Source: Bugula neritina (lineage: Eukaryota; Animalia; Bryozoa). Taken from it: a DNA stretch of 64,000 nucleotides. Within the stretch, counting starts at the first letter, position 1. The number at the start of each line of letters is the position of its first letter. The position numbers and the translations under genes are program-made. The notes beneath the pieces were generated by a model. The model saw only the letters and a program-made list of their open reading frames with translations, was not told the DNA's origin and searched no databases. Below are positions 12,401 to 23,616 of the stretch, one piece after another. The stretch lies in assembly GCA_964035545.1 (NCBI GenBank), contig OZ037765.1, positions 23,559,504 to 23,623,503 of the forward strand, given 5' to 3'.

Positions 12401-14774
12401 TGCATCTATTAATAAACCCGCAAGTTCTACCTCTACTTCTGACACTCATTCCACTGCTGGCAAACCTAATCTATCACAGAGTAAAATGATCAATACAGAC
12501 AAAAGTGCAGTACCCACAACTCCTACAGTTAAACCTCTACTAGCGTATAAGATGGCTTCTTCGGGAAGTCTGGGAATCTCCCCGCCTCCTTTACCAGAGA
12601 AGAAAGTAAAACCTGCAGCTGGTGAGTTTGCTGTACGAATGCTTAGTAAATCTGATGGATAAACTAATTTTATAAATGACCTCATCACCATTTACTAGCC
12701 AACAAGATTTTGAAATCTATATATTAATTACTTTATCTGTTAGTAGATTATTGGTATTTTTCCCTTAGTAAAACGTGAAACAGGTGTAGTCAAAGTTGCA
12801 GTAGGCACCTGCTAAGGGGTCATCAGTATATTTTCTGTTCTCTTAATAATAATTCTAATAGTGATAAAAATACAAGGAGAGTACGTTTTGATTTGATACG
12901 ATATACACTGATTTGCTATATCATGAAATTATCTCCACATATCTTTACATTATACCCTGAAATAGTTCTTTTCACATTGCTGTGAGAGTATATAATTATT
13001 TAATGTCCAGTTTTTTTTAACTTACTTTTTTTTCAATTATTGTTGTATTCCTGTACTTCAAACTAATCAAATGCCTTACAAAATGCAATGTCCAGAAAAG
13101 GCTAACATGTTTGGTATATTTTTAGTTTGATTGCAAGATATTTTATTGACTAACATAATATTACAAAATTCAATAATTTAAATTGTAATTTGTAAATTAT
13201 TGCACAGGGCCAAAGAGTGTGAATAAAAGCTATATTTGATAGCTACACTAAACTACAACTGATACATTTCAAAAGGTTTCTAGTACTAATATGACAAGAG
13301 TTGCCCCAGTGTTTAGTGTATCAGCCTGGTGTGATGATCAGTTCTGTGTTGCAGGTTCCATAGGTACTGTGACTCCACCAAAAGAATTCTCTTTACCAAG
13401 TACAGCAGCTTATAAATTCGCTAAAGATAGCAAATCAGAGTAAGTTGATGGGGGTATTGTGGTACTGGATAAAGCTCTTAACTGGTAGTAGTATAGTATG
13501 TCTGAAACAAAAAATTATTATTAGCTGAAATTGATCAACTTTATTGAAAATAGCTTAGCTTTTAATAAAATTATCACCAACACAAAAACTAGATTTTTAT
13601 TATTCATATTATCAGCTTAAACACTTAGAATGGACATAAAGGGACTCAATCCCAGTTCTTAATCTAATTTGCTCTGCCTCAAGTTTTGTTGCTTCTATTT
13701 TTACTACATCTTTTAAGTTTATTAGTTTTTAATATATTATATACTGATACATCAAGTTTATACGAATCTAAAGCTAAGTTGTCAAGAAACTGTTATTTCA
13801 GTTATTACCAGTGTTGTATACTGATTGTTTATGAACTTCAGTTTTCGTCCTGCCTTATAAGCTACTTGCGTTAGTTTAATATTTTTAAAAATTATTATTG
13901 TTATTGTGTAGAGATACAGCATCCTTCAAACCATTTACAAACATTAGCAATAAACAAGTGGCTTCAAAACCTGAGCCTTCGCCTAGAAAAGCAATTGGTT
14001 CTACTTCAACTGTAGCAAAATCTCCTTCATCACCTGCCCCTACCTCAACTAAGCCTGCCATACGACCCAAGGTAAGTTATTTATTATAACTACCATTGAT
14101 GAAAGTGTGGGATTCTCTCATCTAACTGGGCAATTTGCTAAACCAGTTAATTTCTGATATTGTCTTGAGCATACTGCATGTCATGCCACCTAAAGCCATG
14201 TCTTATTCGTTGCAGCCTCTAGCACCTTCAGTCTCTCTTCCTATTCGGCGAAGATGTCGTGCCATATACGATTGTAAGGCTGATAACAATGATGAACTAT
14301 CGTTTTCTAAAGATGAAGTTATAGTAATACTTAAATCTCCTCCTGGGAGTAGCTGGTGGGTAAGTGTCCAAACCCTTCTTCTGCCATCCTGTGATTCAAA
14401 CTCAGTGATTGAGGATACATGGTTGACCGTCAGTCATGTAGTAGTCTTAATAGTTACATGACTGTAGATTAGAATATTAAGAATTTCATTTCAAGTGCTG
14501 GATCTATTGTGCATAGTATGCATAGGATTACATTATATTGCCTGCTATAGTCATAAATCCTAATCTATGTAGTTAAGTAAAGTTTAAATGTTTTAAAATT
14601 CTCTCTTAAGCGATGTGTTGGTCTTTACATTCTACAAACTGAAAGCAACGTATTTTTTATTATAGGCATGTTTATTTTTGTTTCATTGTTTCTTAGGAAG
14701 GAGAAATCGATGGTAATCCTTCCAGAAAAGGATTATTTCCAATAACACATATCGCCATAGTAAATGATGTATAG
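422..14774 (+). CDS. ASAP: ArfGAP with BAR, PH, ArfGAP, ankyrin and SH3 domains (ASAP family); 5'-partial, 22 exons in window
   Basis: Exons 422-483, 1228-1352, 1619-1748, 2037-2122, 2992-3151 (BAR: [50 protein letters not shown]); 3781-3957, 4194-4241, 4430-4481, 4624-4672 (PH: [37 protein letters not shown]); 5004-5170, 5735-5868, 6642-6739, 7113-7293 (ArfGAP zinc finger CCDC...CLECCGVHR with catalytic Arg); 8767-8858, 9016-9202, 9455-9562 (ANK: [20 protein letters not shown]); 10528-10807, 11821-12621, 13355-13439, 13912-14071 (low-complexity linker); 14216-14359, 14697-14774 (SH3: [15 protein letters not shown]...WWEGEIDG...GLFP, stop TAG). All introns GT-AG, phases consistent. Confidence 0.95.
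5954..6586. mobile_element. Degenerate fold-back / MITE-like element in an ASAP intron
   Basis: Three imperfect inverted-repeat pairs: about 5954-6021 with 6449-6515, 6026-6070 with 6136-6181, and 6074-6132 with 6525-6586. No coding capacity seen. Confidence 0.55.
7682..7787. repeat. 19-bp minisatellite (ATGTACTGTATCAGTACAC), about 5 copies
   Basis: Tandem units read directly; the unit is built from GTAC-centred quasi-palindromes. Confidence 0.9.
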
Positions 14775-16020
14775 CATCTGTGTTTAAATTATATGCAGTA
14801 TCATTCATATCATTCAATCAATAAAACTAATCTTATTTTGTTATTTATCCCAGACCTAACCAGAAATTTATTTCAAAAATATGTTATTCACTTTATTTTG
14901 TTTGTATATAAAACTTTTTTATATTATGGTTTTCAGTTTTCATTTTTGAGTTGATCGGATAGTCATAATAGAAAGTTTTCTCTTATAAATTTATCCTTTT
15001 GACAATATTGCATTCGGCACCGACTCTATTATCAGCTCTGAAATCAATATTTAGAAGAGATTACAATTTGTAAATTATATAAGACTGGGTTGTGGTTTAG
15101 ACTTTAGTTTATCTTTCAATTATGGTGCATAGAACATATTTTTGTGCCAAATCAACTAGTTTATTAAACTCATTATTTACTTTTTAAAATACTTTACAGG
15201 CTATTGTATTTTATCAATTTTGCATTTTCTGTTTTGGTGAGTAGTAACTATTTGTTATAACTCATCGCATTTACACTGAAATCATTTTTATTATTATATG
15301 TAGTTGATTTATAATCATATATAGGCCATCATTGCCTGTATGCAGAGAACTATTTTATATTAAAGAATTCACCAATTTCTAATTTACAATTACTTTATTG
15401 ATTTACATTGTTTCTTGTTCATTTTAATAAATGGTCAAAACTGCTTTATTTGTGTTGTGCTCTAATGTATTAAACAAGTAATTATAGGAATGTTGCTGGT
15501 AGATCACTTGAACATGTTGTAGTTTTGAATAAGATGGTTATAATATACATCACTTTCTACAAGATAATACATAACTGGTCATGTGTTCTAAAGGTCTTGC
15601 AAGTCATTACAGCAGATCACCTATAATAATGGATTGTTTCACATTCTCACCATATCACTCTGTTTATGTTTCAGGCGACATTTGCAGTCTATACTAAGTT
15701 TAAGAATAAAACGTTTCACAAAAAGTTGTGTAAACTATATAATTCTATCAAATGGCAAATGACATTCAAATTAAGAAAATATAAAATAATTTTCTTTATC
15801 TTAATGTTTTGCCAATCCATCGACCAGTGCAACTGAGATCCATTTGATATGTAAAATTATGTCATCTTAACTTTCAGTTTTTCTAGTTTGTATTTCAGAG
15901 TGACTGAGCACGTACATCATTTTTACTAAACGTGCACATCATTGAAGTATGGTATGTATTCTTTCACATCTGCTGTTACTCACTGATTATCTGTCTAAAA
16001 TCTAAATGATAAACTTCCCG

Positions 16021-16083
16021 TTACGTCAGTACTGCTAATAGCTCTAATATAAATTAAAGCACCCCTCTTTTCTCCGCACAGTC
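16021..16083 (+). promoter_or_regulatory. Putative core promoter of the protease gene
   Basis: CRE/ATF-like TTACGTCA at 16021-16028, TATAAA at 16048-16053, Inr-like ACAGTC about 30 nt downstream, ATG at 16115. Confidence 0.45.
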
Positions 16084-16114
16084 TCTACAAGGTTCACTGT
16101 CAAAGTCCATCAGG

Positions 16115-19100
16115 ATGGCACTTCTCAGCTACATTATCTTTATCTGGGCAGTTCTACACACCACTGTTGCTCAAAGTTCTGCAAGTATGGTCCATTTAAC
16201 TTGTTACTCCATTACATAATTTGTCAGCTAACTTCTACTATAACCTGTTAATTCTTATATCAAAGCTCAAACACAAACTCATCTTTTTAATTTTAAAATT
16301 GAAAATGTTTGAAATACAGTGAAAAAAGTAATAGTCTACCAAACACTATATAACCAATATATTAAGACATCAATATATACATGGATGCATTCTAAGAGGA
16401 GATTTTCTTTTATATGCAACAGCATAATTTTAGAAATATATGTTGTGAACATTACTTGTATATTTCATGACTATATCTGCCGTGAAAAATACAATATATT
16501 ATTATTTAATGTAGATCCTTGTAAATTGTGTACTGATAATACCTTGAATTGTTATTTGTAAGTGGTTTCAAATGTTAATACTGCAAAATATAATCCTGTA
16601 TAAGCAAAAAATGCATTTTTAGCAAAGTGTTTAATTAGTGACATTCATATTATATCACTAGCTTTTCCTTTTTGAAGGATGTGCTGATTGTTTTCCTGTC
16701 TCATTATATATTTTAACGTTTGTTTTAGTCTATAATGTATTATAATATTTATATGATCTATGTATGTTCCTTTTACTAGACCGCTGTGCCAATGATAACG
16801 GGGTGTGCAGTTACAATCTGTGTAGTAGATATTATGTATCGTCAACCTCTGCCCAGCTTTGTCCCAACCCATATCAACGATGCTGTGTAGCTGGTAAGAT
16901 CACCTTCATACTAACCATAGTAGTTTATTGTTTAGTCCTGCATATGCAGCTATATTGGCTGATACAACCAACGTATACTATCTTTCAATAATTTCCATCT
17001 TTATTTTTACGCTGTTTGAACATGTTATATTCAAGTTTATGACAGTTTTGAGCCCTTAGACATATTTATTTTAAGCAAATAAAAAAGTGTGCAAATACAT
17101 AATTTTAGTCCTCATTGCACTCCATTGTGCAGTTACAATTGTTTTCTTTTTTTTTATCACATTGCAATTGTTTTATTTTCTATATAAATATCTATTATAC
17201 ATTCAAATTAGCGATTACCGTATACTATAATAGAAATTTTTGGAACTAGTGATTTTTATAAAGACAAAAATTAAATACTTTTTACCTGCTATATGCACAA
17301 TCTAGAGCGCTGCCTTACCGTGTATGGTGGAAACTGCCAGAACTCCCAGAGCTCCTGCAGTGGATCCTCTTACACTCATGACTCCAGTTTCTACCGCCTT
17401 TGTCAGCAATCTACTGACTCCTGCTGTATTACAAGCATGCCTGGTAGAGCTACTACTACTCCTTCTCCCACCTTACCACCTGCAACCAGTGTGGCTACAG
17501 GTATACCTTTAAAAAAGCAGGTTTATCAAGATGGAAATTCCATTATTAATGTCAGTGTGTATACATTGTAACATGTGTAACCAATTTTTTCTCTTAATAA
17601 TAAACTTCTATTTGCTATTACCAATGCTGCTAGCTATCGAGTTTATAAACTTTTTAATCTAACTGCTCAGATAAATGTGTCAGCTATGGAGGCCAGTGTG
17701 CAGATCAGACCAAGTACAGGTGTGATAATGGAGTATTCAGACTGCTAGGAGACAACAGCCAGGTGCTGTGTAATAAATGGTACTCAAACAACGAACGATG
17801 CTGTATGGCTGACAACAGTGGTAGCACCGGAGGGCGTGTCACGCCAACCCCCACGTCTCCTCCTACTACAGTACAGCCTAGCAATCCTGTGTCAAGTACA
17901 AAGTCAGGTACATATAGACACAAATTTGGTTTATAGAAGATATACATACATAATGAAAGCCATTTATTGTTTATTGTGCATGCAAAGCATGCAGTTTAAG
18001 CAAGTATTTTTATTCTCAATCTAAGCAGAATCAGTTGTAACTGAGCATGCATAAACATCTATTTTTTATATGATGTGTTTAGATGAGCTACTGCGTGTTT
18101 GACCCTCTCTGCATTTGTGATATATTCCTACTCACCACAGAGACTAAAATAACCTATTTATGTGGGGTTTTAGGTTGTGGCGTAAGCAAGGTGTCTCTCA
18201 CCAATAAAAGGATTGTTGGAGGAAATACAGCTGAAAAGGGAGAATGGCCATGGCAAGCTTCTATCATCAAATCAACCTCTGTGTATGGCAGATCTTTCTC
18301 ACACACTTGCGGAGGAACTCTAATTTCTTCTCAATGGGTTATCTCAGCAGCTCACTGCTTCCAGAGGTGAGTTAGAAGATCTTCTATATTTTATATCATA
18401 TTTGAGGGATTTTTCAACCAACTTTAGTTTTATTAAAAATTTAAAATATTTTTTTAATAATAGTTTGTCACTAAATCTTTAGTTTCAAACAAAGCTGTGC
18501 CATACTATGCAGCTTTTGCAAGTATAGTTGTGCTTCAGCAATTTACAGCATTAAAAAGTTTGCTTATTCACATGCAATTAGACAAATTTTTTGGCAAGGT
18601 GAGTAAATTTAGCAAAACATCAAACATTAAGTGCATTGAAAAAAATAGAAGCACAAATAGCACAGCACTCTGTAAGGTGGTGAATTGGAACAACAGATTT
18701 CACACTTGCTCATTTAACTTGGCCATTCATAATAGTTTTTCATGTAATTCAAAGTCGAGTTACATGGTTATATTTTGTAGTGTAACTAACCAATACCAAA
18801 TCAGAGTAAGAGTTGGTGAACATAGCTTTTACGTTGATGAAGGTACCGAGGACAGTGTGATTGTATCTAACATCATTGTTCACCCATCTTATGTGCACAG
18901 TGCCAACAAAAATGACATTGCTATGATTAAGTTATCAAAACCAGTAGACTTGACTAGCAAATACCTTTCAACTGCCTGTCTGCCAAATCTATCAGATATG
19001 GATGAGTTTTACAGAACATCTGAATGTTACACAACGGGCTGGGGCAAAACTCAAGGTGGGCTAAGATAGTTCATCTTTCATTACCAAATATGCTAAATTA

Positions 19101-19887
19101 AATAAGATGGTGGTATAAAAAGTCAGTTTATGGAATTTCCTTAGTTTTGGCTGAAAATAGTATCTATTTATCATTATCTTTTAAGGTCGGTAGCAATAGA
19201 TAACTGCCATAATTCTTCCATATATTTTATTAAATTTCAAGTTATATTCTTATATTTAATGTATTTTCAAAATAAATTCTAGGTACAAGTGGAGATAGAA
19301 ACATATTGCAAGAAGTCCAATCAACTCTCGTCAGTCAATCTTCATGCTACGCTAAGTGGGGCTACAAGATAGATGGAACAAAAGTATGCTTTGGTAATGG
19401 CTACAAAGGAGCATGCCAGGTTGGATATTATACAGTAGGCCTACACAGTTGTCCATAGTCTGTCCATTACTCCACAGATGTTTCCACCTCTTGATAAAAA
19501 GTTAAATAAATGGTGCCTTGCATGTTTAAATGGTTTAAGGCTCTATGATAGTGTTGAAAATTCATATTTTTTCAACACCAAGTATGTCATTATATATTAG
19601 GTATACTAATAAGTTTCAAGAACCAGATTCATATAACTGCTTAGTCTTGATGCAGAAACATGGTGATTGGAGTTCAGTGCTGAGTTGTATATGTTCCATT
19701 AAACGCATATTGTGTATTTCAGGGAGATTCTGGTGGTCCTTTAGTGTGTAAAAAAGATGGCCTGTTCCATCTTGTTGGTGTGGTGTCTTATGGCTCCAAG
19801 TCTTGCGTTGAAAGATATGTACCTACAGTGTTTACTAACGTAGCTGCATACAGAAGCTGGATAGAGCAAGTTATGGCATCTTACTAA
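16115..19887 (+). CDS. Secreted S1A serine protease zymogen with three N-terminal six-Cys beta-defensin/clip-like modules (461 aa, 8 exons)
   Basis: Exons 16115-16184 (signal peptide [20 protein letters not shown]), 16780-16893, 17306-17500, 17671-17907 (one Cys module each), 18174-18366 (CG...NKR/IVGG, WPWQAS, CGGTLI, SAAHC), 18781-19055 ([16 protein letters not shown]), 19283-19419, 19723-19887 ([12 protein letters not shown], stop TAA). Exon lengths sum to 1386 nt in one frame; His/Asp/Ser triad intact; AATAAA at 19931. Confidence 0.93.
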
Positions 19888-20613
19888 AATATACCATTGC
19901 AATTATATTGCACATGCAGATTTTAGAAATAATAAAACAATATAACAACATAATAAAATAAAACTTTACACGTGGAATTGTTCTAGATTAGTCTCTTATT
20001 CACATGCAGGTGCAAATACTTTTACCAGCAAGAATAATATTATTAATATTATAGATAAATGTTGTATATTTTGAAAAAATTTTTTAAAACTTGCTATAAC
20101 TTTATAACTTTTTAAAAATAAATGTTGAAATTTTAAATGTAGGTATTAAAGAATTTATAGCAACAATGCAAACTGCATTGAAATTTAATGAGCATCCACC
20201 CTACATAGGTATATATAATTTTTATCGTAGTAAAAATATATCCAAACAGTATATATGATATAGACCTACTGGCCCGAATTTTTGTTCAAATTTTATTCAA
20301 TAATTTGGTGAGAAAATACACTTGACGTGTACCAATTAAAAAAAAATTCAACCATATTTAACAAATATAAACTTTTTCAAGCTCAAATGTATGTTGCCGG
20401 AGCCATAGAGTTAGTAGGATAACTCTATGGTAATGGCTGAAAACAATTCAAGTGCATGCTCTAATTTCCAAAGCTTCTTAAATCTTATGGTATACCGTAT
20501 TAGCTTTTGGCAAGTGTCACTTGTGATTTGAAAATTCATATTTTTTCAACACCAAGTATGTCATTATCTATTATACTAATAAGTTTCAAGAACCAGATTC
20601 ATATAACTGCTTA
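19554..20613 (+). repeat. Pair of near-identical direct repeats of about 86-90 bp (19554-19643 and 20528-20613)
   Basis: TTGAAAATTCATATTTTTTCAACACCAAGTATGTCATTAT...AAGTTTCAAGAACCAGATTCATATAACTGCTTA occurs in protease intron 7 and again downstream of the gene, differing only by a short central indel/substitution. Confidence 0.9.
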
Positions 20614-21035
20614 TGGAATATCCATTGGGTTATTTTAGAATTTAGAGTATTGCATTTAATTTAGAAAAGATAACTCTTTGTTTATCTAAATTATATCACA
20701 TGATTTTCAAGTTCAACGACAATAATAATAATAATAACCAATGAACTCAACCCCTTTTCCAGCTCAATGATAATAACTATTTTGTGGTAATAGCTTCGGT
20801 TTTAAAATTAAAGTTTAGGTTTGGAGCTAATGCTTCGAATTAAACAATTATCGACGACGTATTTGCTTCTGTGAAATTACAGGCTAAGGGTTTTTCTTTC
20901 TTCCAAGTCTCTGTCACCACTGAACTGGCACTGCAACTTAATTTTAATTCAATTTGAATTTGATGTTAAACTTAATAATCGTCCATTTTTATTAATAGCT
21001 TTGCGTGGAAACTTCAGTTTTAAAATGATTTAAAG

Positions 21036-21555
21036 CATTTTTCTATGCATTTTATATTTAAGTAATTCATTGCAGCTTGAGCTTGAGTTTGTAAAACTAA
21101 ATGATACAATTACTAATTACTATTAGTGAATTACTATAACTATTACTATTAGTATTAGTATTACTATTAGTATAAGTATTACTATTTCAGTATTTGTATT
21201 ATTATTACTAAAACTAAAACTAAAAGTAAAAGTAAAACTCACTAAACTAAAAGTGATACTAATACAGTAATACTGTTATAGTAATACTAATAGTAATAGT
21301 AATAATAATACTAATACAGTAATACTAATAGTAATTCACTAATACTAATAGTAATTGTATCATTTAATTTTACAAACTCAAGCTGCAATGAATTACTTAA
21401 ATATAAAATGCATAGAAAAATGATACAATTAGTGAATTACTATTAGTATTACTATTAGTATAAGTATTACTATTACTAGAACTAAAAGTAAAACTCACTA
21501 AACTAAAAGTGATACTAATACTGTTATAGTAATACTAATAGTAATAGTAATAATA
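21036..21555. repeat. Complex inverted plus direct duplication
   Basis: 21036-21137 is the imperfect reverse complement of 21329-21422; about 21417-21555 is an abridged direct copy of about 21099-21305. Confidence 0.85.
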
Positions 21556-21744
21556 AAAAAATCAATAGTAATTAATTTTAAAATTTTACTTTTACTTTTA
21601 GTACTAGTACTAGTAGTAGTTGTAGTATTTTTAATAGTATTTTAGTAATACTATAAGTATTAGATTTAGAAATAAATGTATTCATAGTGATAGCATTACT
21701 ATTATTAATACTAATACTTATACCTATAAATGTAACAGTAATAT

Positions 21745-21985
<241 letters not shown>

Positions 21986-22229
21986 AGACTTGGTAGTTTG
22001 AGTTAGTGCTTAGATTTGGTAGTTGGTACTAATAGTAATACTAATAGTAATAGTAATACTATTACTATTAGTAATGCTAATAATAAAACTCACACTATAG
22101 TTGATAAGTATAAGTATTATAATTAAATTTAATATTATTATATTGATAATTACCATCAGTTTAAGTTTGAGTTGTAGTAATACTAGTTGTAAATTGACAA
22201 ATGATAAAAAGAGCTCTCTTCTGCCCCCC

Positions 22230-22600
22230 TCCCCTCGAACGAGCTCGATTGATTGCGTACAAAGCATTTTGTCTACCGCACTTTGAGTATGCCAGCGCAG
22301 CTTGGGACCCAACCTGCAAGGAAGATATTTCTGGCTTAAAAAAGATACAAGTGGATGCAGTGCAGTTCATAGCCAATATTAAAGGCCGCGAAGATGTATG
22401 AAGTGCCATGAAGAACCTCTGTCTACAGCCCCTTGAACAGAGAAGGAGAACCAGACGTAATAATCTCTTTATGAAAATTCTGGCAAAAGAACAACATCTG
22501 GCTCTCAGCTTTGCCTATGATGACCTGCTGAACAAACAAATCAACAAACAGCACTATACAGACTCACTCCCAAGCGAGGGGAATGCCCGATCAGTGGGTG
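22230..22600 (+). mobile_element. Truncated, inactivated non-LTR retrotransposon ORF2 fragment (CR1/L2-like, region C-terminal to the RT core)
   Basis: RARLIAYKAFCLPHFEYASAAWDPTCKEDISGLKKIQ...AVQFI, then after an in-frame stop MKNLCLQPLEQRRR...LFMKIL; matches the remembered LINE pattern YxxxVRPxLEYAxxxWxP...LExVQ...L.L..LE.RR. Confidence 0.8.
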
Positions 22601-23616
22601 CTAACAGTATTAAGTTTTCTTTTAATGCAAAAATGTGGTGACAGTGAGTCTTCAAAAAAATAATGATTTGCCTATTGAGGGCTGAGAAAAAAATATTTTA
22701 CAATATCATTTCAGTGAGTCATGCATGAAGGTCATTTTATGCTTATTTATTAAATCAGCTTTGTATCTAGCAACTTTTTGATTCTTACTTTTGATCACAA
22801 TTATGGGTTATGAGTTTATTGCATTTATTAAATGTCTAATTAATGGTCTAACGTTGGAGTTCCAGACATTATAACCCTTTCATTTTACAATGAATATATT
22901 GCCACATTCTCACATGGTTAGAATAAGTAACTTTTATTCCTGTTTCACAAAAAGGAAATCACTCACAATTGTGACAGTTTATTAGATGAAACAATGCTAT
23001 GCATACACCAAGTTGCAATAAAACTGCTTTTAAATTGATCATTAAAGAAGGAAGTGGTAATTAGGCAGAAAGAAGGTATTTTAATAGAACAGCAATTATC
23101 AACTAAATTCTTCGGACAAAGATATAATAAAACACTTTTGCTTAAATGAAGTTGTATATGGCATTATGCAAGCATATGCAGCAGCATTTAAATTAACAGA
23201 TTTTATCAGTCAAGCAAAGAAAGTTTTACGTATGGATTAAAAAAAATTTTCTTCGTGCGTATAAGCATCTGCTCAAACTCTTAAAACACTAGTTTGAATC
23301 GTCCAATCAATGTGCTTGGTGTTTAAAATATAATCAAGTCAACATTAGAATTTAGAAATCTGCACTTGGAAAAAAATATATACCCTTGTTTTTTCAAGTT
23401 AATAATACAATAACGCAAATTTGTCTGGTAACTTGTAGATTATAGATATTGGCTACATTGCTACAATATACACTTCATATGTTACTTATTTTTGCTCGTT
23501 TTATAATGTATATAGTTAACTTAAGTTAATGTAATAGTCTATTGTACCATGATTTTTGTTAGTTTATTGCTGTTGTTTTAAACTTTATCTGCTAGCATTA
23601 CTATTTAATTTGTTAG

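Noticed and set aside
11954-12691. Minus-strand hydrophobic ORFs (111 aa and 81 aa)
   Set aside because: Antisense shadows of the Ser/Thr/Asn-rich ASAP exon.
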